Assembly: GCA_040357565.1 (NCBI GenBank)
Contig: JBDODJ010000041.1
DNA from: Cercozoa sp. M6MM
Taxonomy: Eukaryota > Protista > Endomyxa: Ascetosporea
Length of the DNA: 64,000 bases
Reading direction: 5' to 3' (one strand)
In this document: positions 50,812 to 63,513 of the stretch, one piece after another
How the letters are laid out: each line of letters begins with the position of its first letter
Numbering within the stretch: the first letter of the stretch is position 1
Position numbers and translations under genes: made by a program
Notes under the pieces: model-generated
The model's database searches: none
Told to the model about the DNA's origin: nothing
Seen by the model: only the letters and a program-made list of their open reading frames with translations

Positions 50812-53800
50812 TCACTCATCGGTGGCCTGTCGCAGCACGAGCAGCGTGGCGGCCGGCACGTTGCTTTCGTCGTCTTCAAAAGGCGGTACTGTCGGTGTGC
50901 CTGTGTGTGCATAGACCATACAGGTAGAAGTACGTAGCTGGGTAGGTAGGTAGGTAGGTAGGTAGGTAGGTAGGTAGGTAGGTAGGTNNNNNNNNNNGTA
51001 GGTAGGTAGGTAGGTAGGTAGGTAGGTAGGTAGGTAGGTAGGTAAGTAGGTAGGTAGGTAGGTAGGTAGGTAGGTAGGTAGGTAGGTAGTGAGGTAGGTA
51101 GGTAGGTAGGTAGGTACCCAGCAAGGTACTGTCATGGAAGGGTGGTATCTCAGGCAGCCACGGAGTGTGCGTGTGTGCATGCGCAGAGGCATGCGAGTGA
51201 CTCACGTGCGAGTGACTGGGCGGGAATAGCATGCCCATGGGCGGCACCACCATCGACGCTGCCGACGACGCCGATACGAGTCGCGGCGACACCATCGGCG
51301 ACTCCAGCAGCGGCGCGATCATGTCATTCACGCGCTCCTCCAGTCCGCGCGGAGACGCCTCGCTCCCGAACAGCGACGTCGCCGACGGCACCATCGGTTC
51401 GAACCGCGGCACCTGCGGGGTACGGGTAGGGAGAAAACGGTGGGTCGGGGGGGGGGGAAAAGGGGGGGGGTAAAATGAGGGGCCTACCGGCATGTAAACA
51501 CGGTCGAAGCGGCCACGTGAAAGACCGTTTTCGCCCTGCTCGAACTGCCGTTGTTGCTTCTCCTGTTGTTGTTTCTCTTGTTGTGTTTCGCTTTCTTGTT
51601 GTTCTTGTTGTTTTTCTTGTTGTTTCTCTTGTTGCTGCTGCTGCAGCAGGTGCTTCCGCGCGGCTGCCGGCGACGGCACGTGCCAGAAACGGCAGTCAGG
51701 TCGTCGGCACTGACTGCCGTAGCGACACACACGCAGCAGCGGACTCTCGCTCTTGTCCTCATGGCTACAGACACAACTGTACCCAGTCCACTGGTACAGA
51801 TGGACCCCAACGTGGAACCCAACGTAGACCCCAACGTGGACCACAGAGAGAGAGAGTGGTGGTACAGCGATGGGTCCGCTCGCTGAGGTGCCTGGATGCC
51901 GCTCGGCAGGTCGCTCGGGTGCAGGAAGGGACACGACGCGCCCTTGCGACACCGCGGGAAGAAACTGCACCTGTATCACACACACACACATGGACTGTCT
52001 ACACGGACCGTACACACGGACACACGGGTCCATTTGGTCCGTCCATCTGGTCGGTCCATTTTGATCCGTCCATTTGATCGGTCCATTTGATTGGTCCACT
52101 CGGACCAAAACAAAACAAAAAAACATACGCAGCCGCAAACGTCAGCGCCGGTCGCTGCGTGAGACTCTCCTGCTCGGCGTAGTCTGCCCTCTGTACCAGG
52201 GGGGGGGGGGGGCCACCGGGGGTAAAGATGATAAGGGGCAAAGGCTACCTGGTCGAGCGTGTCGTCGACAGTGTCCACCGCACTCGCAGTGTCGTTGTAG
52301 ACTAGACACACCAGAGGGAAGATGGATGGGGGAAGATGGAGGAAGATGGGGTTAACATGGGAGATATGAGGGTAAGGGTAAGGGGGTAAAGGGGTGGGGG
52401 GGGGGTAAAACTACGCAGACTGCCGTCGCTCACGAGCGCGACGTCGGCGATGGTCAGCTCGTGCTCCTCGTCGCTCTCGGTCTCTGCGCCGACGCCGACG
52501 CTGCCCGTCTCGGCCGTCTCACTGCCGCCGTCTCGCGAGTCATCCCTGCCAGTAGGGAGGGTAAGGGGCAGGGTAAAGGGCAGGGTATAACGTAGGGTAT
52601 AGAGGGCGGTAAATAGGGGTATAGAGGGCGGTAATGGGGGGGTAAAGAGGGGGTAAAACTACAGACGTCGCGAGCGCAGCTGCTGCACAAACGCCGTCAG
52701 ATCGCTTTTGTTCTCACGACTGCGCGGTGCCTGTTTCCACATACGCGCGGACATACGCGCGGACAGACCGACACTCACACAAACACAGTTCCGCGCGGAC
52801 ACACAAGACAGACGTACGCGTTTCTTGCGCTGATTGGCGCTGCCCGAGAGGATCCAGTCGTCGTCGTCCTCGCGCGGCCGCTGCGTCCGCGCGGACGTCG
52901 GCGTTTCTCGCGCCACCGGCGTTTCTCCTTCTTCCGCTTGTTGTTGTTCCGCTTGTGGTTGTTGTTCCGTTTGTTGTTTTTGCTGCTGCTGTTGTTGTTG
53001 TTGTTTTTGCAGTTGTTGTTTCCGCGCGTGTTGCTGCCGCAGCTTCGCCAACGCCTCGCGCTGCCTCTGACGCAGGGGGGGGGGGTAAACAGGGGGGTAA
53101 AACTACCAGCATATCCTCGTTGCGACGACGCCGTTCGTTTTCAATCTCTCGTTGTTTTTGCTGTAGATTTTTTATTTTGTATTTTCGCTCAACAGAAAAT
53201 TACAACAACACGAAAAAAACAACACGAAAAAAACAACAACAATAACACGAAAAAACAACAAGAAAAAAACAACAACAAGCAGCACCTTTTCTTCGGCCTT
53301 GCGGCGCTTGTCACGTGCCAGTTTGTCCAGTCGCAGGCGACGCTTCTGCTCCCTGCGCACGCGTCGCCGAAAAACAACAATAAAAACCAACAACAACAAA
53401 ACAACAACAACAACAAAACAACTACTACAAAACAACAACAATAAAACAACTACTACAAAACAACAACAATAAAACAACAACAAAAAACAACAACAACAAA
53501 CCGCAGCTGCTGCTGTCGTTGTTGTTGTTCCTCCTTGCGTCGCTGGCGCAGCTGCTCGAGCGCCTGGTCCGCCTTGGCGCCGCCCGACACGAGCACCGGC
53601 GCCGCGCCTGCTTTGCCCGGGGGGGGGGTAAGAGGGGGTAAGGAGGGGGGAAAAAGGGGGGGGGTAAAACTGGGAGGGGGGTAAAACTACCATGATGATG
53701 CCGACCCGACGCAGTGCGTTTGCGCGCGCCAAAGTGCGGCGCCTCGTGCTTGTCATCACTGTCACCGTCAGTGACACCGTGAGTGACACCGTCAGTGACA

Positions 53801-56800
53801 CCGTGAGTGACACCGTCAGCAGTGACACCGTCAGCAGTGACACCGTCAGGCTTGTCGGTATCATCGGCATCACTCCTGTCGCTCTGCGCGTCCTTGTGGT
53901 CGTCGGTGTCGCAGGCGTGCTGCTCCAGCGTGGCACGCAGCTGCCGCAGTCGCTGCCGCACAAAGTCGGCCGTGGTGCGCACCTTCCGCGCGGACGTCTC
54001 GCTCGTCGCGGCGGCCGTCGTGGCGTCGGCCAGCCGCTCGCGGCGCTCCAGCAGCGCCGCCACCAGCTCAAAGTCCGCGATCGCGTGCGCCACTTGCTCC
54101 TGTGGCTCCCGCCAAAATACAAACACACAAACAGACATCGCCCACTCTGGCTGGTGTAGCCACCCACTCTGTAGCCACCGCACCCTTATTGTAGCCAGCA
54201 TAAAGTACTACCTGCTGCACGAGGTACTCGGCGCGTTTGAACAGGTCGCTGCACTGGTCCACCAGCAGGTTGCGCTGTCGCACGGCACCCTCCGTGTCAC
54301 CGTCAGTGGCCACGTGACCCTCAGTGGCCACGTGACCCTCAGTGGTGGCACCGTAGCGTGCCAGTGCGCACGCGCGCAGTGCTATCGCCACCGACACCTA
54401 TGGACATACTTATACATATATATATATACTTATACATATATGTATATATATATACTATGATATATTCATATTCGAACTAGCTGTACATTATGCACATAGA
54501 AGAATACAGAATATATCATTGTACAACAACCTGTCTTTGTATACACACGAGACCAAGACCAAGGAAGGAAAGAACAAGCCACCTCGAACGCAACTTCGAC
54601 ATCGTCGTGCTGCGCGAAAAACACGCGACGCGACAGCGCCTGCTTTTCCGTACAAACAGGGGGTAAACAGGGGGGTAAACAGGGGGGTAAACAGGGGGGT
54701 AAACGGGGGTAAACACTCACTACCGAGGCCAAGGCGGCGTCAATGTCGGCCGTGCCGAAACAAGAGCGCCACAGCTTCCGCGCGCGCCACAGTCGCGCCT
54801 GTGTAGCCACATACACACAGGTACACCTCGGTCCAAATGGACCCATGTACAAACAAACCCATGTACAAATGGAACCATGTGCAAATGGACCAATGTACAA
54901 ATCGACTCGGGACAAGCCTACCTGCCAGAACGGCGCCAGTAACAGCGTCGGATGTCGCATCGAAAACAACTGCGGCAGCGGCAGCAGCAGTGCCTGCCAA
55001 TGGGAGGTTAAGGGGCAAACAGGGGGGTANNNNNNNNNNNNNNNNNNNNNNNNNNNNNNNNNNNNNNNNNNNNNNNNNNNNNNNNNNNNNNNNNNNNNNN
55101 NNNNNNNNNNNNNNNNNNNNNNNNNNNNNCAGGGGGGTAAACAGGGGGGGCAACAGTGAGCAAACGGGGCGGGGGTAAACAGGGGGTAAACAGGGGGTAA
55201 GCAGGGGGTAAACAGGGGGTAAAAGCACAAGACACCTCGCAGAAAACGTCGCGTGGCAGAGCGTGCTGCTGCGGAATCTCAAAGTCCTCGTCCGTCTCTG
55301 TATATGGCGGGGGGGGTAAACAGGGGGTAAACAGGGAGTAAACAGGGGGGTAAACAGGGGGTAAGCAGGGGGTAAACAGGGGGTAAACAGGGGGGGGGGA
55401 AGGGGATAAAGGTACCCTCAACATCGACGCAGAGGTCGAACGTCGGATTGTCGCTCTCGAGGATGCGCACAATGAGACGCTTCAGGATGCGCGAGGCGCG
55501 TTCCAGGTCGCGCGCGTGCACTGCGTCCGATACCTAGCGGAGGGGTAAAATGGGGGGGTAAAATGGGGGAGGGGTAAAATGGGGGAGAGGTAAAATGGGG
55601 AAGGTGTAAAATGGGGAAGGTGTAAAATGGGGGGGGGTAAAATGGGGGGTAAAATGGAAGGTAAAATGGAAGGTAAATGGAAAGGTAAAATGGGGGGGGG
55701 GTAACATGGGGTAACATGGGGTAACATGGGGGTAAAAGGGTGGGCAAAAGGGGGGTAAAAGGGTGGGCAAAAGGGAGGGGGTAAAGCGAGCTAAAGCAGC
55801 ACACCAGTCGCTCCAGATGCACGATGCCGTCGGTCCAGTCGCGCGCCTGCTGCCGACTCCGAGTCAGTGCTGTCGGTACAAATGGAGTACAAAATACACT
55901 GTACAAAATGGACGGTCCCAAATGGATGGTCCACAAATGGACGATACAGGTGGCTACAGAACGGACAAGGTTGTCTACCTAGCTGCGACTCGCGCTTCTT
56001 GAATCGCTCTAGTTCGGACTTGGCGCTGTTTAGTCGGGGATGGGGGTAAACAGGGGGGTAAATAGGGGGGTAAACAGGGGGGTAATAGGGGGTAAACAGG
56101 GAGTAAACAGGTGGGGGGAAACAGGGACTGAACAGGGGGTAAAACGCACTCTTCGCGTATCTGCGCCTGTTTCTCCAATCGCTCACTGCAACAACACAAA
56201 AAAAATATGCCGTCCATATGGACCGTCCCACTTTCTTAAGGGGGTGTCTACGCGCGCTTCGACTCGGTCTCGGCGGTCGCGTGCGGCGGCAGCGTCGGCG
56301 GCGACAACAGCGACGTCGGCGACTCTGTTCCGCCTGTGCAGATACAGGAGGTTAACGGGGGGTAAAATGGGGGGTAAAATGGGGTAAAATGGGGGTAAAA
56401 TGGGGGGTAAAATGAGGGGTAAAACGGGCGCAGGGCCGGTCGCACCAAACACAGCGGCGAGAAAGACGGCGCAAACCGCCGCTTCGAGAACGCGCAGTTC
56501 CACGACACGCGACGTCGTGTTGGAGCCTTTAAAAAACATGTACAACAATAGTCAGTCCATGTGTGCACTTGTCCATGTGTACAGGTCCATGTGTACGGGT
56601 CCATGTACAGGTCCATGTGTACAGGTCATGTGTACAGGTCCATGTGTACACAGCGGGTGGTCCAGGTGTACCAAGCAGACGCAGCGCGTGTCGCAGCAGC
56701 AGCAAGCACAGCGTCAGCGCGAAGCACAGCAGCACTGCGCGCAACGCTCCGTCGTGCGGCCACTGCGCCGGCCAGCGACGCCACCACACGCGCCGCCGCT

Positions 56801-58693
56801 CGCTCCGCAGTGCCTCCAGATACTCCCTGCCGGCACACACACGTACATACATGTCCGGTCTATATGTTCGGTCCATATGTTCGGTCCATATGTCCAGTCC
56901 ATATGTCTGGTCCATGTGTTCGGTCCATATGTCCAGTCCATATGTCTGGTCCATCTGTACCGATGTCGCAGACGGAGTCGCCGCCGGTGCGACAGTGCGT
57001 CTTCGCTCTCGGTCGCCAGGACGTACGGCACTGCCGCTGCGGGGAGGGGAAGGGGGATAAACAGGGGGGTAAACAGGGGGGTAAACAGGGGGGGGTAAAC
57101 AGGGGGGGGGTAAACAGGGGGGGTAAACAGGGGGGGGGTAAACAGGGGGGGTAAACAGGGGGGGTAAACGGGGGGTAAACGGGGTGGTAGAAACGCACCG
57201 GCACGGGAGCGCATGTGTCGGCGCAGCAGCGTCATGACAGGCGAGTGCCAGAGACACTCCGTGTCGCCGTCGCCAGCAGCAGCAGCATCCTCGGGGTCGG
57301 CGTCCTGCTCGTCGTGCGTCTACACCACAGGCAGTCATACGTTAGCAGGCATATGTTAGCAGGTATATGTTAGCAGGTATATGTTAGCAGGTATATGTTA
57401 GCAGTCATGCTAGCAGCATGCTTCAGCGCGGAAGCACACGGGAACAAGAGAGAGTATGGGGGTAGAACAAGAAGAGTGTGGTGGCACCAGACTCAGGAGC
57501 GAGAGTTCATCGGCCTCGAGGTCGCTCTCGGTGCGATCGCCGGAGGCGTCGGCGCTGGCGTCGGCAGCGGCGGTGCTTTCGTCGCTGGCGCTGCTGCTGG
57601 AGGCCGCGTCCGGCAGCAATTCGGCCAGGGCCAGGCGGTCCCAGTCGGCCTGACTCAAACCGGCCTCGGGCTCGTCTGAGTTGGTACAACCATACATACA
57701 CATGCACATGCACACACACATACATACATACGCCGATGCATACACACATGCACACATGCACATGCACACACGCGTACATGCAACTCAGTATACTACTATA
57801 CCACTGTCAGTGTCGAGAGCCGGACCACGCCACTGCGGCGCCAGAGTCGGCGACACCAGTCGACGCTTCAGCTGACGCATCTGCCGGCACAAGCGCCGAC
57901 TGTGCGCGCGCTGTTGCTTTGTCTACCCAGGAGGATATCGAGGTATATCGGGACAAAGGGATACATGTAGGGATACAGTGTACCTGTTTGTCGCGATGCA
58001 CGCACATTACAGCACAGGCCCAACGCGCCGCCTCGAACGGCGTGTCGCCCATGGCATTGCGTGTGAAGGCATCGGCACCTAGTCCGGACAGAGTAGACTG
58101 AGCAAAGGGAGAGGGGAAGGGAACTGCAAAACACACCACGCCGCAGCAGCAGTCGCGCGCAGTTGCTTTGACAGAAAATCGCCGCGAAGTGCAGCGCCGT
58201 GCAGCCCTAACACCAGGCACACATAAATAGACACACAGACATATACACACATACATATACATATATACTACAAACACACAGACACACAAGCTACCTCTGC
58301 AATGGCAGGACACAGCGACATCCAGTCGGCCAGCAAGTGCGCAGACGCACCTACGGAAACGGGTCGTCAGTCCAGACAATACCTCTACTGCACCTAGTGT
58401 GTACCAGTATGTGAATGCGCAATGTCGGTGTCGTGATCGCGCAGCAGGCGCAGCAGCACGTCCATGTGTCCAACAGCACACGCGCCTGCCAGCAACGTTT
58501 GCGTGGCCTGCAAACTCGCATTTAAACTCGGTATTTCTCCTCGACAGAACCAAAGATACCTGACGCGGCGTGAGGGTCACTCCAACCTATACACATGCAT
58601 GCACGATGCACAAACGACTGGCATGGGCAGAGCTACCTCGCGCAGCACGCGCTGGCTGAGCACGCGCAGACGCAGCGTTTCGCTCGTCACCAT
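50812..58693 (-). CDS. Very large ankyrin-repeat / TM / coiled-coil / CCCH zinc-finger protein (>25 exons; could be two genes; spans gaps)
   Basis: Ankyrin repeats LAGACAVGHMDVLLRLL and GCTALHFAAIFCQSNCARLLLR|LGAD...NAMGDTP; hydrophobic segments at ~56.4-56.8 kb; Q/E/R coiled coil; CRYGSQCRRPDCRFWH zinc finger. Confidence 0.65.
50941..51117. repeat. (GGTA)n tetranucleotide microsatellite with 10-N gap, intronic
   Basis: Direct reading; reads (TACC)n on the gene's sense strand. Confidence 0.97.
52370..57186 (-). repeat. Dispersed intronic G-rich arrays GGGGG(G)TAAACA / GGGGGTAAAAT (sense TGTTTACCCCC)
   Basis: Arrays at ~54655-54712, 55130-55222, 55308-55400, 55540-55785, 56041-56143, 56356-56425 and 57053-57186, plus shorter copies at 52370-53690; 100-N gap 55030-55129. 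Confidence 0.92.
56555..56955. repeat. GTCCAT(A/G)TGT-type minisatellites in two introns
   Basis: gtccatgtgtaca units (56555-56650) and gtccatatgt units (56850-56955); related gtccatttg units at 52025-52105. Confidence 0.88.
57341..57402. repeat. 14-bp minisatellite (GTTAGCAGGTATAT) x4
   Basis: Direct reading. Confidence 0.9.
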
Positions 58694-59024
58694 CGTCCGC
58701 ACGAGCAGCAAGGGCGCAGCAGCGTCAGTGCACGAAAAACGCCCCCGATTTCAATCTTCTTCGCGCAACCCAAAAATCGAAGGACGGCGTGCAACAAGCC
58801 GCGCTGCAGCACACTCGAACGGCCGTTAAATCGGCCACTATACCAATCGCCAGTGCGATTCAACCTGCCAATCCGCGAGCTTCGCTGGTCGCTCGGAGCC
58901 CTTCTCTTGTCCAAACCGGCGGTCCTTTTTGGACACCTTGTCACCGGTGGTTTCTTTTTTAAGTAATTCCAGTTTTTGAGTCCAGTTGGCAGCTAAACTG
59001 CCAGAAGAGATCTCTGTGGCTCAG

Positions 59025-60300
59025 ATGGCTGTACGGGGACTCGGAGATGTTCTATTTGATCGTCGCCAAATTGACGGAGATGCACAGCTTGTGACGGTTG
59101 ACGGATCAGTTCGAGCACATCTTGGTACCCACAATGCTGTGTCATGTGCACCGTTGCTCTCACCGTGTTTGTTTCTAGTTGTTCTATCCGCCAACTCCGA
59201 CTACGTGCAAACTGCGATCAATTTTCCGCAGCATCAGCAGCAGCAGTGCCGGTTGACTGTCCCAGCCTCGACGCGTGTGACCACCCTCTGCTTGCAGTGT
59301 ATGTACGACAAGACAGTCGAGGAGACCGACTTATCGAAACTAGCGCAGGTGCTGCAGCTGTGCGACTTCTTGCTGGCACACCGCGCGCGCCGCTCGCTGC
59401 TGTCACACATCACTTTCGTCGCACGCAAGCACTACCGGTATCATGAGGTTTCAGTCGCTGCCAACTGAAGAAAGTGAGTTGTGTCCGCGCGGACAGAAGA
59501 AGCCGGATCACTGACGAAAGTGAGCAAGCTGATCAGGAGCAAAAGCACCTCCAGATGGCACATCTGCTCAACGCTCTGTGCGACCTTCCCGAGATCTCGG
59601 GTCCAGGTACAATTTATTTTAAACGTGTCTTTGGCTTACCTCCTCAGTTCGGACTGAGGAGGTACTTCTTATTTTGACGAGTCAGCTAATTCTCTGGGTA
59701 TTTCGCTGACCTTCAGTTCGCGAAGACGACGTGGATGCCGCAGTGATACGTGCACGTGCGAAAGAGTTCTTGCTGTTCGCAAACGGTGCTACCGACGCGA
59801 GTCTCGCGTAAACTCAATCTTTGAGGCATCTGTTCTGCCTGTGTCGAACTTTAGCTGTTTTGGTGACTTCCCCAGTGAACTCAACGAAAACGCAATCAAA
59901 CATCTGTTCCGACCATACCGCGATCCAGAAAATCGTTTTGTACCTTGAAACATACTAAGCATATAGTTATGCGCACGCCAACTGATGCATTCGATAGCGA
60001 GTGTTGCTGCTGCTAACGCGTCGCAGTGCAGTGTTGCAGTATTCCGAAGACGAGTGGGCCGAGCGACTGAGAGAACTACTTGAGATGCCTTCACTCGACG
60101 AGGTCGACGCTGTGGCCTCCACTGCGTGCGAGCACCTCATGCGGCAGTTGCAGTCAGCGTTGAGTACCTTTTCGGACAGACAGTTGCGCACAGAGTCGGC
60201 TGCGAACCGAAAGAGGTTCCCGTCTGTGCTGTGCGACATTTGCTTGGCGACCCGGCACAATCTGAATCGCTATCGGTTTACTAGTGCCTTCCTGGGCTGA
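59025..60300 (+). CDS. BTB/POZ domain protein
   Basis: GDAQLVTVDGSVRAHL|VVLSANSDY, LQCMY, VLQLCDFL: BTB pattern; further exons to TGA at 60300. Confidence 0.75.
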
Positions 60301-60457
60301 CGGAATTGTGAGAATCGTCCGGTATCGACCACTTTACGGGCATCAGTCCAGTGTACTGTACGTTCGTACCGCACTGAATTGCAACGCAAACGCAACCGAA
60401 TTCACTCAGTTAAAAACTGGCTGAAACAGAATAACCCGTTCGCGCACTGCCGTCAGT

Positions 60458-60807
60458 TTAGTTAATAGTTATAGGCTCGTACTGACGATGCAGCTTCGTC
60501 GGTTCAATAGCGCTGCTAGACGTCTGCCAGTTGTCGCTCAGTGTGACGCACGTGCATCCTAGCATGTGCAGCATGCCCGTGACTAGCCTGTTTTGTTAGT
60601 TAGCAAGCACCAGTGGACGGATAGTACCCTGTACAGCTTGTGTACAGAGGGAAAACAAAGAGTACACAACGCCGCCAGTTCCGACATGTCCCAGGAGCAG
60701 TTCAAAGGACGCTGCCGCCACACAGCGGCCAAGACCGAAAGCCAGCGCCGCTCGCATAAGCGACGTCGCCGCTCGGTTGGGCTGTCACACAGGTGCATGC
60801 AACAGCG

Positions 60808-60857
<50 letters not shown>

Positions 60858-60867
60858 NNNNNNNNNN

Positions 60868-60922
<55 letters not shown>

Positions 60923-62602
60923 AGTGCGAGCGCCGAACCCGACTCCAGCGAGAGCAATCAGCGAAGTGGACTGCATGACAGTCACGCCACACACGAATGC
61001 CATGACTGTCAGCACCACAACAACTGCATAGACCGTGTGCTCACGCTGGTGTTGCCACCTGCCCTACTGACATCGCAAACTGAATGCACTCAAGGACAAC
61101 CTTCAATATTCACCGCAAGCCTAATGTACGATGTCAAGTGCTGTGGTGCACAGCCAGAGACACGACAGCACGGCCAGCAGCGAGCCGTACAGTAGTACTG
61201 TTCAGTTGATATTTAGGCATCAGTATTATACTGTAAAGACCTCCAGAGAACACAGACTGTAAATTTTAATTGGCTTACCTTTGCGAAACACCAACACGCC
61301 CGAAGTTTTGGGCGAATTCGACACATGTCTCACCTTTCAAGTTCAGACAACAGGTCAGCATCACTGCGACCGAAGTGTAGTGTTGGTACTCCGATCAGTG
61401 CGGCCGCTTCGAAAATGCAGCCGGCCACGGCGGCGAGTCCAACATGTAGAGAGCTCCAGCGGCGCACTTCTTGCAGCCTACATGAGCGACCGTATTTGCC
61501 AGTTGATACATACCCGAAGGGTTGTTCAGTGAGTTTAGCGACACCAATGAGGAAGCACACTGTACAGCATGTAGCACGCCTGCCCAAAAATAGACATACA
61601 GAGCTGATGGAAGCAAGGGACACACAAAGGACTGGAAAAAAGCTATCATACCATGTTGAACAGCATGACGGAAGATAGAAATAGGATGACATGTCGCGTT
61701 GCTCTTCTCGGCGGTTTAACATGCTCTGGCACGACAACGACGATACTGTCGTCGCTGGCGTTGTTTTTGGTAAGACTTGTTATCGTTTTCGAACTGCACA
61801 TTATCAGTAGACTGTACACGCCCAGTATACTGTCTAACTGCACCGGTATCTTATGGTGCACACTGACCTTTCGGAGCTGTCGGCTTCTTTCTCTTCAAAT
61901 AGAGGCTTGCGTAGCACAGTTTCTTTGCTGCGTCGTGGAAAGTCCCATTGCACAAACGAAAATTCCCGGTCGTTAAGGGTACCTTCGCGACAACAAGCAG
62001 CCGAGCACAACAAGCAACGACAGAGCCAAGAACGTTGTCCATGCTGTCTACCGAGGCAGAGAAGGCGCGTTCCACATTGATACTATGAAACTTTAAACGC
62101 ACGAGGTAAATTTATATACCAGCCAGCCGACATACAGAAGTGCACCAAACAAAGGTAACCCAACTGCCGACGAGAGTGGCCTTTCAGTAACACGTGTTTG
62201 CATTGCATCAGGTGCGCTGAGAAAACCCAGTACAACCGTGACCTACGGCATCGGTACCAAGCGTACTCGAGAGATGCGATGGTACGCGCCTGTCGACGAT
62301 GCGACTCGTTTCGTACGCGCCACGTGACTCTACTCAGTAACACGTGCTCGGCATGCACTGTGTACATAGTGCACTTGGTACGAACTGCGCGCGGCGAGTG
62401 CAGAAATTTCGAACGATCCGCCTGTTTAATTCAGAAACTCTCAGCCGTTTTTAAAAGGTACTGCACAGTCGTACCTGTCCATGCATAGACGAAGGCAGCT
62501 GCGATGTAGGTGTCTCCTGGTGCCGACACCAGATAGGCGGGTAACAGTGCATAGGCGAGAGCTGCAATCGACAGTGACAGCTGTAGTTCCACAAACAAAC
62601 TG

Positions 62603-62668
<66 letters not shown>

Positions 62669-63214
62669 CAAGCGGTGCTAAATTTACCGACCCCACTATT
62701 AGCACAGGGTCGTGTGGCGTCAGTCCGGCACGTCCTTTGAACTTTGTCAGTCGCGGGTACAACAGCAGCTACGAACAAATAAGCATACTATCAGTACAGT
62801 GGGGTCGAAGGTGACTGAAGTAACTGCGCTGGAGAGGTGTCAACTGTATCAACCTGGCGTACCGAAAGTAAGGTGATCTCTCGAAGCGACAGGATCGACA
62901 TGTATTGTGCCCTGGTGTGTGCGCGCGGAAGGGAGCAGTATTCAGCGATACAAATGAAAAAGAAAATGTGCAGTACAACGACAGTCTCAAAAGGCGACTG
63001 ATCGTCACCGAAAACATCTAAGTGCATATCCTATAGACACAGACGGCCATCTAGATTATGAAGGTTAGTGATTACAAACGAGCCCCTCTGTAGGAGATAC
63101 ATGAGCAGCAAGTTAAACCTGTGCGAAGTACGTCAAACACCGTACATCGACAGACATGTGTGTGGTGAAAAACTGGCTTTACATGGCCACGAGTCGTTGA
63201 GCTTGGGTGAGCAT
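60458..63214 (-). CDS. Hypothetical multi-pass membrane protein
   Basis: Minus-strand exons with GT-AG boundaries encoding several hydrophobic helices (e.g. LSIAALAYALLPAYLV, VGLAAVAGCIFEAAALIG, VLTVMAFVCGV). Confidence 0.5.
60811..60919. repeat. (GT)n microsatellite with 10-N gap
   Basis: Direct reading. Confidence 0.95.
62604..62663. repeat. (AC)n microsatellite, intronic
   Basis: Direct reading. Confidence 0.95.
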
Positions 63215-63513
63215 CGTCGCGCTGCCTTCGAAGCTACAGAAAAACACCCTAGAAAAAAAGTGTATGAACCTCATATTCACCTCCAGTTAATGCATGCACC
63301 TGGGTGCGCAGAAAAGAGCCCTCAGCCGCGAGCAGTGACCGGCCAATGTCGTGCGCACATTACGGTGGCGTGTGCCTTCGCACAATGAGCCAACCAGAGA
63401 AGCATGAAGAGTGTATTTTTGTGTGGTTTTTTAAGCTTAGTCAACAACACGGGCAAGCGCCGGAAATGAGCGAAGCCTCACGCATTGTGGGTGGGAATAC
63501 ATCCAAGGCGAAC

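Noticed and set aside
54650-57190. CRISPR array or true chromosome telomere
   Set aside because: No unique spacers or cas genes; arrays are short, internal and alternate with exons.
53172-57338. Long Pro/Gly-rich ORFs (PPVYPP, GVNRGVNR) in the ORF track
   Set aside because: Read-through of intronic repeats or antisense of GC-rich exons.
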